This document shows positions 35,410 through 48,074 of a stretch of 64,000 nt of DNA, piece by piece (the stretch's first letter is position 1; each line of letters starts with the position of its first letter). The translations under genes were made by a program, and so were the position numbers. Location: the NCBI GenBank assembly GCA_047967505.1, contig CM106538.1; one strand, given 5' to 3'. This DNA is from Dipteris shenzhenensis (Eukaryota). The notes beneath the pieces were generated by a model, which made no database searches, was not told where the DNA came from, and worked only from the letters and a program-made list of their open reading frames with translations.

Positions 35410-37972
35410 TGTTAGGAAATGGAGTCAATTTGAGTGACTTTTTGTGTGTTTCTATTGAGTTCTAGAGTAGTACTATACTACTTTATATCCTAGAGTGCCA
35501 CGTGTCACTATGGGACTTATCCCCTATACATTTAACACTTAGAGTGTGTGTGCCTATCCTATAGAGGCATTGTACTTTCTCATGTCAAATCAATCAAGCC
35601 TCAAGTCTTTCTTGATCATGTAAGTACTTTGCTTGGTTGTACATTTCTTTTGAGCATTCTTTCATTTCCATTATGTTTGCCTAGTCTTGCTTTTCTACTT
35701 TCCTTTCCATTCCATGTCTTGCATCTTCATATGGTATCAGAGCTAGGCTATCTTGGAAGAGGTTGAGGTAAGAGATTGAGGACATTTGAAGCCTCTCTCC
35801 CTCATTCCCCTTGGAGGAATGTCTTCTCCAATTCCATCTTGAGCTCAATCTTCTCTTCCACCCTGAGCCTCACCATTGGAGAGCTTCACCAACAAGAGAT
35901 CATCACTTCAGCTTGCCATTCAGCTCGTGATCTCCTCGCCATTCAGCTGGCCATTCAGCTCGGGATCTCCTTGCCATTCAGCTCGCCATTCAGGTTGTGG
36001 TTCAGCCCGCAGCAAGCAGCAAACAGCCCGCTATTATGCTCGCTATTCTGCCCGCTTCTGCTCGCCTCTCTGCCTGCAAATAGCCCGTCATCTTGCTGCT
36101 CTTCTGCTCGCCTCTCTGCCTGCGTAATGCTGCTATCCATGCTGCTCCAAACATAGTGCTGCTGCCCACACTCTCCTGCTTCTGCCCGCCATCTCCTCTT
36201 CTATAGTTCCATTGTGCCTGCCATCTGCTCTTCCTCTTCTACAGCTCCATTCCATCCATCACTCTCATTATCCCGCTCTCTCTCCTAGCTGTCAGCTTCA
36301 TGGGTTCGATTTCCACCAACTCTCTCCTTGTGGACAAATTTAAGGGGGATGGATTCCCAACATGGCAAACAAAAGTTCAACTTCTTCTCGTGAAGGAAAA
36401 TGTTTGGGATGCCATCGAAGATGATGAAGCGCTTGAGGCATCAACGGAGCCTCAAATACGCAAGATTTGGAAGCAACACAATTCAAGGGCCATTGCAATC
36501 ATCGGGCTTTGCCTAGATGATTCATTGATTATCATATTGACTTCAAGTCCAAGGCTAAGGAGATTTGGGCATGCCTCGAAAATGTATTTGGTAACAAGAT
36601 CACCAACTCCAAGGTTTTTCTGAAAATGCAATTTTATAAGTTGAAAATGGAAGTGTCTGATACCTTGAGTGCACATATAGCAAAAATTCAGTCTTTAGTT
36701 CAACAACTCTCCAACTTGAAGTGTTGCCCGGATGACGAGGACAAAATGGCTGTCCTCATGACAAGTATGGAAGGGATTTTTCGCTTTGAGAATGCCCTTG
36801 AAGTACTTCGCTCTGCATCGACTACATTCCAAGATATGGTGTCTCTTCTTCTTGAAAAGGATCACCACAACAAAGAATCTCCATCCTACTCATCGGATAC
36901 TACACAGGCTCTTGCCTCCACCAGTAAATGGAGACCTAGGCCATCGACTCCACCAGCACGAGAAAAGGCATTCAAGCCGTTCAAGTGTACTTATTGCAAC
37001 AAGCTCGGTCATATTGAGGACAGGTGCTACTAGAAGTTTGCTCAACAACAATCGAAGGATCATGCCAATTGGGTGGCATCCGCAACTAGTGATGATGCAG
37101 ACGAAGATGACCATCCGACACAGGATCATGCTCTTACTGTCTGTCTTTAATATCTAGAGGATGATGGAGATCATGATTTTGCTTTCTAAGCATGATATAT
37201 TTGGGTACTCTGCCCTGGGGGTGTTTCCAAAAAATGAATGCAATAAATCATGTGTGTGTAGTCAATAAAGGTACTCTGCCTCGGACAATCCTCCTAAAAC
37301 GATGTATTTCTTTTCTATTTTTGGTGTGTGGCTCCATGTTCCTCATTAGTCTTTGGATCCAGGAGGGGATGTACTGTGGGAGCCATGTGTTTTTGGATTT
37401 GATAGGTCTATTTGTTGGTGCATTGGTCTCCTAGACCTCTGAGTTGATCATGCATCCATGCATGATGAGCCTTTGAACCATGCTAGATGAGATTTCTATG
37501 TTATGCTCACTAACCTCTGAGCCATGCTTACTTGCCTGTGAGATTGTGTGGGAGCCATGTCTACTTCTAGACCGGCATGCACAGTTTTGATGACCGTCAT
37601 GTTCTGTTCTTGGTTTCATTCCAGTAGTCCCTCACCTTTCCTCCATGGGGGGTGTTAGGAAATTAAGTCAAATTGAGTGACTTTTAGTGTGTTTTTATTG
37701 AGTTCTAGAGTAGTACCCTACTACTTTATATCCTAGAGTGCCACGTGTCACTATGGGACTTATCCCATATACATTTGACACTTAGAGTGTGTGTGCCTAT
37801 CCTATAAAGGCATTGTACTTTCTCATGTCAAATCAATCAAGCCTCAAGCCTTTCTTGATCATGTAAGTACTTTGCTTGGTTGTACATTTCTTTCTAGCAT
37901 TCTTTCGTTTCCATTATGTTTGCCTAGTCTTGCTTTTCTACTTTCCTTTCCATTCCATGTCTTGCATCTTCA
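35410..37972 (+). mobile_element. Non-autonomous Copia-type gag-only element (TR-GAG-like), 2563 bp
   Basis: 320-bp LTRs 35410-35729 and 37653-37972, PBS TGGTATCAGAGC 35732-35743, PPT before 37653, perfect TSD CAAGT. The only coding content is Copia gag. Confidence 0.95.
36300..37033 (+). pseudogene. Copia gag (one frameshift near 36530)
   Basis: VDKFKGDGFPTWQTKVQLLLVKENVWDAIE; knuckle CTYCNKLGHIEDRC. Confidence 0.9.
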
Positions 37973-39611
37973 CAAGTCCAGCAGACTAGGCAAAGGATAC
38001 AACATACAGTCCAGTAAATGTGTCTCACAGGGAAAGATCTCTAACTCTCACTGAAGAAGAAGATGAAGAGAGGGTGACACAAACCCCTACTGATGATGAG
38101 GGCGTGAGAAAGGGATCCCAACATGTTACTGGGCATTAGATTGACAATACTATGAGGAGGATGTGGATTTCTTCAAGGCACAGTTGTAGAGCTTTATGAG
38201 TGCTTTTCTCAATTCACACAAGACCCTCGTCTTCAGAAGATTCTGAATTCTGAAACTAATGATGCGGATAAAAAGTTTGAAGTTAACTAGAGGCCGCATG
38301 TGAGTTTTCAGGATCAGCCCTCGAAAACCGGTTTGCAGTGATCTAATGTTATTCGAGGGCTGAATCAAGGCAATAATTTTTAATCTATAGTTTCCGGACA
38401 GCAAGGAGTTATTGCACCCTTTGTGCAACATGGTTCTTTTGGTGGAGGATCAGTTTTTCAGGCTATGGTCAGTCCTCAAGCACAATTTGCTGGTATCCTG
38501 CAAGTCAGATGGTGGGGTTTCAGCCTACCATGCAGCCTATTGGATAGAATTTAATGTATTAAATGTTGGGGCAGTCCCTGGGATGCAAACGGGTATGCCT
38601 AATGCAGCAACAGGTAACATGGTTATGCCAAATATGCAAAATTCAGGAGCTGGTCTGAATAATACAGCTTTGCCTCATGGTGTTGGTCCTAAAGATAGTG
38701 TGGGTGCTGCTGTTCCTTTTGCTCAGACACTTGCATATGATAATTTGGCACTGAAAGGGAAAGTGAAAGACTATAAAGACGCAGGAGTTGCGAGACGATT
38801 AGTGGTACTCAGGATAAGCTTAAGGCTTTGACCTTTCTCCAGTAGTTTGATGCAGTGTATATTGGAGGAAATTTTTCTGAGCCATCTAAGAACGTCGGGC
38901 CGCAAGTTTTTTGAAGGGTAATGCTCTCCAGTGGTGGATCACTATGCTCATGTAGAACACCGCACCTACTACTTGGGTAGGTATTATATTTTGGGAGCTG
39001 ATTTTACGGTACAGACGGATACTCTTTGCGTTACTTTTTGATGCAATTCAAGCTGTCTGAGAAACACATGAGGTGGACAAACTTCTTGTCTATGTTTCAT
39101 TTTTAGATTGTACATGTTGAAGGCAAGAAGAATGTGGTTGCAGATGCCTTGTCTCGAAAGCCACAAGTTTCAGTTGTGACAATTGCCTATCACAATGAGC
39201 TTGATGCCATGAAGGATTAAAACTCAGATGATGAGCGATTTGCTGTAATTTATGACGGGCAGAAACATGAGCATTATGTGCATCATGATGGTTGTATAAT
39301 GATGCACGGCAGGCTGTGTGTCACTAAGCAGTTGAGACAAAAGGTTATGAGTAAATGTCATGATCCACCATATGCAGGACATCGTGGTATTGATGCTACA
39401 GTTAAGACAGTGGATCATTTTTTTAATTGGCTTACGTTGTGTTGTGATGTTGAAGAATATGCTCGTACATGCATGACCTGTCAGAAGGTGAAGTACGATC
39501 GTCAGAAGACTCCTGGATTGTTACATCCTTTGCCTATTCCAGATGGACCATGGGAAAGCATAGCCATGGACTTCATATTTTATTTGCCCAGGATTCTTAT
39601 AGGTAATGATG

Positions 39612-40527
39612 CAACTATGGACACAATACAAGAGAGACAGATCCAGAGTCCCACCAATGGTGTGGTCCTCTGATCTTACCACAAAGTCCTTCTCCTATCT
39701 GCTGGCTATCTCTAGACTAGAGTCCGCGTGCTCCACCTCGAGCGTGAGTAGACTTTCCGTCTAGAATGATCTTCTCCACCTTGCTGTCTGGAAACCAGTC
39801 TAGGTGGGCAGCCTTCTGCAAGCTAAGTCTGCAGCACAAGGTACTTCTTTCTCCTCCTGACTGTAGGCCCAAAGGTAGCCCTGCTGCTGCTCCTTCTGCT
39901 GGTGGAATTGCTGCTCCAGATGATGATCAAATGAGGCCTGAATGGCCTCCTTATATAGGCCCCAAGGGCCTGGCCAGCCAACCGACCCAGCAGCCCTAGA
40001 AAGGGCCGACTGCTGGTCGGTTCAGCCACCTGCCCCTGGCTGACCAAAACCGACCCACAGCTCCCTATTTATGGGACTGTGGGCTGCCCTTTTGGGGCAC
40101 TCATTACAAGGGCCCTTGGCCCACCTTTCAAGGGTAGATGCCCTATAAATACAGGGTCCAGCCCCCCCCAAAACCTACTACAGCCAGTGCGCCTCCTGTC
40201 TAGCTCCATCGCAATCTGTCCCAGACTGTCTTGCCTCTGCTCCGGGCTTGTTCCAGCTCTAGGGCTCCTGCCTGAGCTCCGTACGTGACCCTGAAACCAG
40301 CCGTACAGCAGGCATCTGTAATCCGTACAGATCTGCCGTGCTTCCGCACTTTTCTGGCCCTCTGTCCTGCCCATAACAGTTCTAGATGTGCTGCCCACAT
40401 GACAGCCATGATGCTGTCTATGTGGCAGCCCCTTTCTCTCTTTTTCTGTTGGGTACTGCCCTAGGTCTCCCTCCCCCATGCTCTCCTCATATGGGGGCTT
40501 ACAGATGGGGAGGTGACCTTTCCAACA
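39612..40527 (-). mobile_element. LTR-like segment related to the right part of 54707-55174
   Basis: Ends ...CCTCATATGGGGGCTTACA...TTCCAACA, like 55135-55174; contains TATA-like motifs; non-coding. Left edge uncertain and no TSD found. Confidence 0.6.
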
Positions 40528-43222
40528 CTTGCCATACTCCGTCTTGACTTTGAGAAGGCGTACGATAGGGTAGACTGGTCCTTCTTGGAAGGTACACTCT
40601 CTCGGTTTGGTTTTTCGGACGAGTGGATCAGAGGTATTGCTAGTCTCTATAGGTCGGCCTCCAGCTGGGTTACTATCAGCGGCAGGATAGGAAAGAGATT
40701 CACCCTCGAGCGCTCAGTGCGTCAGGGCTGCTCGCTTGCACCCTACCTCTTCCTATTTTTTGCGGAGGCCATGACTCACTTCCTACGAGCCTGTACCACT
40801 GGTCTTCGAGGGATGCGCCTCCCTATTCGGGACGATGCAGAACTTCTGGACTCCGAGTATGGAGACGACACGGCCCTGTATGTGCAGGATGATATCGAGT
40901 CACTGGAGCGAGTGAGACTGTCTTTAGAGGTTTTTTGCCTAGCCGCTAGGGCGAAAATCAACTGGCATAAGTGAGGTGGTTTTCTTACGGATCCGAGAGC
41001 CAGCTCACAGTGGGGTATTTTCTTGGGGTTTCGTTGGATCCCTAGAGGACATACCACACGTTACTTGGGATGCCAGGTAGGTCTGGATATCATGCCGGCT
41101 CAGTAGTTCTTACCGGTCCGAGTCTCCATATGACGGAAGCTAGCCTTCTGGAGCACGGCTCGGCTATCTTTGGTAGGCAGGGCCCTTGTGGTCAACCAGG
41201 TCCTTCTTGCCACCGCTTGGTACGTGGCATCTTGCTGGTGTTTCTCAAGATCGTGTGTAGCCCAGCTGAGGAGACTGATGCGGAACTTTCTTTGGTCTGG
41301 CTCAGATGGTTCCGGCACCACTGGAGTCCGGGTCGCCTGGCAGACGGTCATTCTCCCCCAGACAAAGGGCGGTTTTGGCTTCATAGATCCAGAACTGCAG
41401 AGTTAGGCATTACTTGGCAAGTTAGTCATCCGCGGTCTGACCCTAGGAGGGCAGACGTGGAAGCTCTTGCTTCAGCATGGTCCTAGCGCGTGTACCTCCC
41501 AGAGAGGGGGTGATTGGAACCCATCTATCTGGTGGATTTTCACTTCTGCCCCACTGACTCAGCCCCGTTCCCCCTTCCTCCGTAGCCTCGTCTCGGTCTG
41601 GAGGAAGTTGCGGCACAGCCTCTCTGAGGTTCCCCCCAGCTGCCGAGAGGAGATAGACAGACAGCCCTTGATCTGGAATAGCCAGGTGATAGATGATACA
41701 GGTCGCCAGCTTGGAGAGAGATCCCATATCCCTTGGGCGCTCTGGGCGTGTGGGCCTGCGCGCTCGCTCTGGGTTTGGAGGGACGTCTATAGCCAGTTGA
41801 GCCCAGGTGAGCTGGCAGCAGCAGTAGGTACGGCACGTGGGATCCAGGCTCGGCGAGCGGAGATCGATGCTGCCATTCCTGCAGGTTGGAGGATTCCCAT
41901 GATCACCAGCAGACAGCTCCTCCCGGGAGATGAGAGGTGGCTAGGGCAGTTCACACCCTGTGGCATTCCTTTGGTGGTTGCAGGCCTTTGCTCGGACTCC
42001 TCGATTCACTTCTCCTCCGTCGCCGATGATAGCCGTCTCCAGAGCAGAGAGGCCGTGATCGACCCCCAGCTTCCTTGGCAGCGCCTTCGCATCATAGGGC
42101 TGCAAGGGAAAACGTGGCACATAGACCCCCTGATTATGCAGGACCAGGATTGGAGACTTTGGATTTGGGAGGGCCACTCCTTGACAGAGGTGGAGTGGGA
42201 CCCAGGGGAGTGGCACTGGCCACCACTGGAGACCTCAGAGAACCCTACCCCTTTCTTCTCATACAGTGCGCGTACTGGTAGGCATGCTCTTGGGGCTCTC
42301 CAGCGTAGGCTACCCACACAGGCACATAGTTGGTATGCCCAAGGGATATCTCTGGTCTTTCTTCGCACATTCTGGAAGACTCTTTGGGCAAGCTGGCGGC
42401 CGAGGAAGATCTCTTACTTTCTTTGGATGGTGGCCCACAAGGGGCCACCAGTTGGCAGCTGGCTGAGGCAGATGGGGCAGGAGGGGCACTGCCAGATGTG
42501 TTTTCAGGAGGAGGAGTCCCTGAAGCACTGCCTTTGGAGCTGCTCGCATGCTCAGACAGTGTGGAAGGGAGTCATGGGGATCTTAGCGAGGGTTGCACCC
42601 GAGCTAGGACCGGTCACTTGGGGAGCCGTTTGCTGGTGCAGCACCGAGATGGGACATCACTTGGCTTATGAGTTCTCTAGGCAGGATCCAGTTTTCTTCA
42701 TCACGCAAGCCACCTGGGCATACATGGACAGCTTCCCTTGGCATCTGACAGAGACAGATGCAGGAGCGATGACTCGGCACCCAGTTTGGGAGATCATAGG
42801 GAGTATTGTAGGCTGGCATGTCTGGACTTCCAGATGCACGCAGACCTTAGGAGATCAGGCTTCTTCTGCTACCTTGACCCTAGTAGACATTTGGAGCACG
42901 TCATTCACACGCTCAAGGGTTAGTGGGATCAGATTCAGGGGGAGTCCTGGGCAGGGAAGGAGAAGAGACGGCGCTTTCTTCGCGACTGGGACCATCGAGA
43001 GCTGTTCTTCAAGCACTCTACTCAGAGTCTTCAGTGGCATTACTCCCCCCCCCCGTGACTGTTTGTCCACACTCCGATGATTATGCCCTGAGAGGCTTGT
43101 AATTAGTATTTTGTTACCACGGGCTGTATCCGTTTTGTGATTGCAGCCCGCTGGCCTTTAGGCCCTCTTGTACTCTCGTTTTCAAGCAATATAACTAGCA
43201 CTACTTTTTGCGCAAAAAAAAA
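40528..43222 (+). mobile_element. L1 ORF2 from RT to the 3' end with poly(A), inside element B
   Basis: LDFEKAYDRVDW, VRQGCSLAPYLF, EYGDD, GGFG, CQMC...ESLKHCLWSC; A9 at 43214-43222. Confidence 0.95.
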
Positions 43223-45124
43223 GTAGTTGGAGGTGGAGGAACTGACAGATACTCCTCATGTGTTGCAGCTTTACCTTGAGGCTTTCGAGTTGGAGCCAAC
43301 TTTAGTTGGCACTCATTCAGGTTCAGCATTGACAGGTGTCTGGAGCATTGCCCGATGCTCAAGGGGGGGTTAGCATCTCAACTCCCTTTGTATAGACACG
43401 CTCAAGTATCTAGAGGTCCCTTCGTGTTACAGTGTGTCTCACACGAGGTATTGGTTGCTGACAGTATTTGTACCATGGGGCCTCTATGATTGGTGTACTA
43501 GTCACTTGGTTATGATGCATCTGATGTGCAATGCTATATGTATTTGTTATCCATGGCTCTACAAATATGTATACATCGTGGGTTGGTCTGTTGCTTGCCT
43601 ATCCTTTCAGACTTGGTTGATCTGCTGGCGGCATAGTTGGCTGTCTTTTCAGATTTGGTTGGTTTGTTGGTTGGCTATCCTTTCAGACTTGGTTGATCTG
43701 TTTGCGGCATTGTTGGCTGTCCTTTTGGATTTGGTTTATATTTTTGCTATTTTTTTTTCTTTTGTTGTTTTGTTTGCAGACAATCGTGGACTTTTGCCTT
43801 CTTCCAAGAGGGGGGTATATCACGAGGACATGAATTTATGGGAACTTTGATTTTGCGACTCCTGTAATTTTCGTGTGACTACCTTGAGCCTCTTGCACGG
43901 AAGTTTGGCCGCGTCTGCGGGACTTGTAGAATTTAAATTCCTAGTGGTCCTTGGAAATTGTGAATGCACAGCCAATTATTAGGCAATTAATTCCTAGGAC
44001 TAGTGTGGCAACAGAAGGGCAAAATAGTGGTGCAATCAAAATTACTATTTTTGGCACGGGACTCCAAAAACAGCAACACCAGTTTGGCATGCAAGGGGTC
44101 AAATTCAAGACTGAAGAGAGAGAAAATCATTGACAACTTTCCTGGATAGGGTGTGTGGCCAGGGCGATTGGTTTCTAGCTCAATTTCTGGTCTTTTGCTG
44201 CTGTTGGTGACCTCCAGGAGGTAGGGCGACTTTTTTGGAGGCTGTTTCTGCTACCGGAAGCTAAGTAGGAAGTGCTGCGAGTTCTCTTCAGGCTGGTTTT
44301 GCTGTTTTCTGGGCTCCAAGAGGGCCTGATTTCACTGATTTCTGAGCTCCAGGAGAAGAGGTGACCCATCTTGCTGCTTCCTGGATTGCAGACAGGTTGT
44401 AGGAAGAGGGGCGACCTGTTTTTTTGCTGATTGTGTCAGCTGCTACTGAGTTAGGGCCTTTGTCAGGTGGGGTGATCTGTTTTGGAGCTGCCTTTGGGCT
44501 GTGCCAAGACTGAATCATCTATTCTGTGCTGAATTCAGGGTTTTCCAATTCAAATGACCTGATTCTTGTGGATTCTGGGTAGAGGAAGGCTAATTTTTGC
44601 CTGCTTTTGCCGTTTCCGAACTGGTTGTTGCCTGGTTATTGCGTTTGGTATTGTTTCCAGGTAGAGAAAGGCTGATTTGTGCTGTTGGGCAGTGGCCGGG
44701 GTGACTATAGATAGGAGTGAACTGTTTTGTAAGGGTTTTCCTAGCTGGTTGTGTCAGAGTTTTGGCTGTCTTTGGCTTTTCTGCAATTGTTTAGCTGTGC
44801 TTGGTTGGTTGGGCACTTTGTTATGCAGGTGCAGCAAGCATATAGATAGTTAATGTCTTTGGGTTTCATTGCATGCTTGGTTGGAAGAAAGACTGTGCAA
44901 TTGCCTAGTGATTGGATGAATATTCGCCATATAAAGTTGAGCAGGAATTGGCTTTGTACCCCAAGGGGCGCCAGTGTTTGGGGCCAATTGGTGTCTTTGT
45001 TTCTGAGTAGGAGCGCTCTAGCTCCCTGTGATTTAATCTGTGGTGATTGATGATTTGATTATTTACTGTGTATGCTGTGATTAAAGTGGATCTTACCACC
45101 CTTGTGAAGGTTGGTTTCACTGGC

Positions 45125-45900
45125 AATTTTTTTAATCAAAAAAGGGTTTTTTAGGAGGATACCTTGATAGAAATCCAAGATTATATCAATGTCCATTGGA
45201 GTAGGATGCGAAGTGAGAATAGGTAAAATAGGAGAACAAGGGCCCCTAAGAATTTAATTCAGAACAACAAGGGCCCCTAAGAATTTAATTCGGTTCTGAG
45301 CCACCAACACAACTTCATTGAGTGTTTGAGGACCCTGATCTTGGAGATCTTTGATTGCAACCTTGGCCAAAGGAAGGACAACTTTAGATCCTCCAATATG
45401 TTTGTGTTGACACGGAGAAGCAAATGTGTTAGTCTGACTGCAAACTGAGATACAGTTTCATTCAGTAGCTGCTTCCAATCTTGCAATTGTATGAGAGAGT
45501 CCTTGATCGTATCAGTATTTCTAAATGCACTTGTCAGGGCGTCCTTCAAATGTGGCCAAGAATCCTCGACAGAATTGCCAAGCTGATGGAATTTCTTTTG
45601 CTGTTCAGAATTAGTTGTTTTTTCTTAATGATCCGATGTTTTTTCGATCGGTTCAAGTTTCAAAGTAGTACTGCTTAGATCGTGATTTGAGCTGCATACT
45701 CACAATCTGAAAATTGTGAGCTGTTTGCACTTGAGCAGTCAAGGATCAGCGGTTGTGATCTGTTTGCACTTGATTTGAAGCAGCCAAGAATCGGCAGTTG
45801 TTTTGGCCCCTTAAATATAAAGAATTTTTAAAAATTCGAGGCATCTTTATGGAATTTGTTGGCAATGTAGATTGTTTTGTCTCTTAAAAAGCTAGATAGG
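45125..45900 (-). mobile_element. Gypsy element A, gag half (separated from pol by element B)
   Basis: Retrotransposon gag-like LQDWKQLLNETVSQFAVRL; same strand as element A and directly beyond the TSD of element B. Right boundary approximate. Confidence 0.65.
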
Positions 45901-46685
45901 TGGTTGGAACCTTATTATTCCACCAGTAACTTTGCAAGTTGCAACCTGGAGATCAAGCAAGTCGAATTTCTGATTTGGAGAGAGAGCAACAGGATGATAT
46001 TATGTCAGAGTTTTCTTATGATAGTGGGCAAGAATTCCTGCATGGATATTCGAAGAGCTCACCCCCGACTCAGCTCAAACAAAGGAACGCTGAACTTACT
46101 AAAGTGAAGGATGCACGCAAAACAGGAAAAGGGGCAGTCTACCGTGATGACGTGGTCCTCCGTCCTTAGCCCAAAAGGCGTTGTCCTGGGCCTGCTGCTC
46201 CTCGTCGAGCTTCTAGTCACCGTGTGCCCGATCCCCGCACCTTGCTGCCCTAATTGGCAGCCTAGGTGTGCAGCCCTTTCAAGCTTTGTCTGCAGCTCCT
46301 CAGCGATTCTTTCTCCTTGTGGATGTAGGCCCAAAGAAGGCTGTTATGGTGCTCCAATCTGCTGGGCACTTGCTGTTCTGGTGGATGAAGAATGAGACCC
46401 AATGGCGTCCTTTTATTAGCCAACCAACCTAGTAGGGGAAAAATAGGCCGACTTGCAGCCCCCCCTATTGGCCGACCTTGTAGTTTGTTAAACTGCCCTA
46501 GGTGGGAGCACATTTGCAGAGGCATGACTGGCCCTGCCTGGCCATGTGGCAGAGTGCCACTTGCCCTAGGTAGTCTCGCCTGTACCGACTTGATCGAGGC
46601 TCTTCTGGCCCCCCAAACTTGCTAAAACATGCACAATCCTTGATGCATCTGTTCCGCACCTATTTAGGCCTCTTCTAGCCTTGGA

Positions 46686-48070
46686 TGTTGGGGTGCGAGA
46701 AGCAATGAAAGAGAAGAGAAATGAAAGGGAACAGACAACAAGCTGAAGGAATTGAGTGTACTTGCAAATGGATAATGAGAAAGTACAAGGGATGGCCAAT
46801 ATAGGCCCCAAAGTCAACCATAGGGATTGACCAAAGAGGTCAACCTAAGGGTTGACTGATCCTACAAGACACATACTAGGGCTAGGTGCTAACAAAGCCC
46901 CTCCCATGATATGGTTGAAGTATCTTGGAAACGTCTCAGGTATACTTGGAAACTAGATCACGGTTGCACATGTTCGTTCAAGATGGCTATAGCAACCTAT
47001 GATAGTATAGGGAGATCAACATCATGTAATAAATTGTGCCAAGTGTAAGGCATGACAAAAAGCCTCAAACTTGGGTCGTGGTAGAGCCTTCGTGAAGAGA
47101 TCTGCTAAGTTATCCTCCGTGGGAGCGGGGGACAACTGTATATCTCTAGCTGATAGTCGCTCTCGAACATACTGATAGTGGACCTCAATGTGCTTCGTAT
47201 GCACATGAAACATTGGATTAGACGTAATAGCTAAAGCACCCTGGCTGTAAGTGTAGATGATAGTAGAAGATGGTTGGCTAAATGGCCACCAACCTCAACA
47301 TCTTAGCAAAGCCATGGTAGGACTTAGGGAGTCTACCAAGTGTCTTGGATACAATCTGTGAATCTGATATAATTTCATCGACATTGATGAGCTGCTCTTG
47401 AAAATCCTTGATCATAGTTAGGTATGCATCCATGCTGTCCCCTTTCCCCCTCATCCATCTTAACATTTCCAACTATCTCCTAAAAAAGGCAACCTTGGCG
47501 TCATTGCAAAGCTGATAAAGATTGGTCAAGGTGTCCCATGCAGCCTTGGCTATCTTGTAGGACCGAATATGGGAGTTCATGACCCTCTTCACTGAAAAAG
47601 CAATCAGGGCATGTGCCTGAGCATCTCTCCCATCCCAATGAATCTGATTGGGCGTGGGAGGCATCTCTCCCATCCCAACGAATCTGATCAGGTGTGGGAG
47701 GCACTGCAGGAGCAGTAGTAGATGATCCTGTAGATCCAGATGTGGAGGTGGTGACAACAAGTGTCTGAGCGAAGAGGGAGGTCGAGGCTTCATTTCTGCA
47801 ACAATACCCCAGAAGTTTTTGGCAACCAAGAAGTGGTGCACCATGTACGACCACATGGGATAGTTGGTGCCATCAAGTTTGTCTTCAACTAAAAACATCT
47901 CTAGCAAATCATTGCTTCCCATGGCAGTAAAAATTCACGAAAAAGAAAATGCCTCCAAGTGCTAAAGCCTCAAGGCTATCACTGCAAAGAGCTGGCCGCC
48001 CAAATATCTGGTTGCCAGCTGCAAATGTCAGGTAAAAAATTCAACAAATGTCTGCAAGTATAAATGCCAA
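46686..48070 (-). mobile_element. Internally deleted Copia: gag joined to the RNase H end, PPT and a 209-bp 3' LTR (46686-46894)
   Basis: EDKLDGTNYPMWSY gag; HTKHIEVHYQYVRE...NLADLFTKAL RNase H; LTR TGTTGG...CTAACA next to GCCCCTCCC. Confidence 0.85.
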
Positions 48071-48074
48071 GAAG

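Larger units (their letters stand above)
32369..45119 (+). mobile_element. Gypsy element B (chromovirus-like, internally deleted) with two LTRs, carrying several nested insertions
   Basis: 5' LTR 32369-35343 (TGTCACG...TTTCA) and 3' LTR 43818-45119 after PPT AAGAGGGGGG. TSD TTGGC/CTGGC. Gag GNALQWW, RNase H GKKNVVADALSR, integrase HDPPYAGH...CMTCQ...PWESIAMDF, and a chromodomain-like remnant at 43221-43305. Confidence 0.88.

Noticed and set aside
45900-46685. 5' LTR of Gypsy element A
   Set aside because: Only weak resemblance to 30354-30619 and no convincing PBS or TSD; left unassigned.
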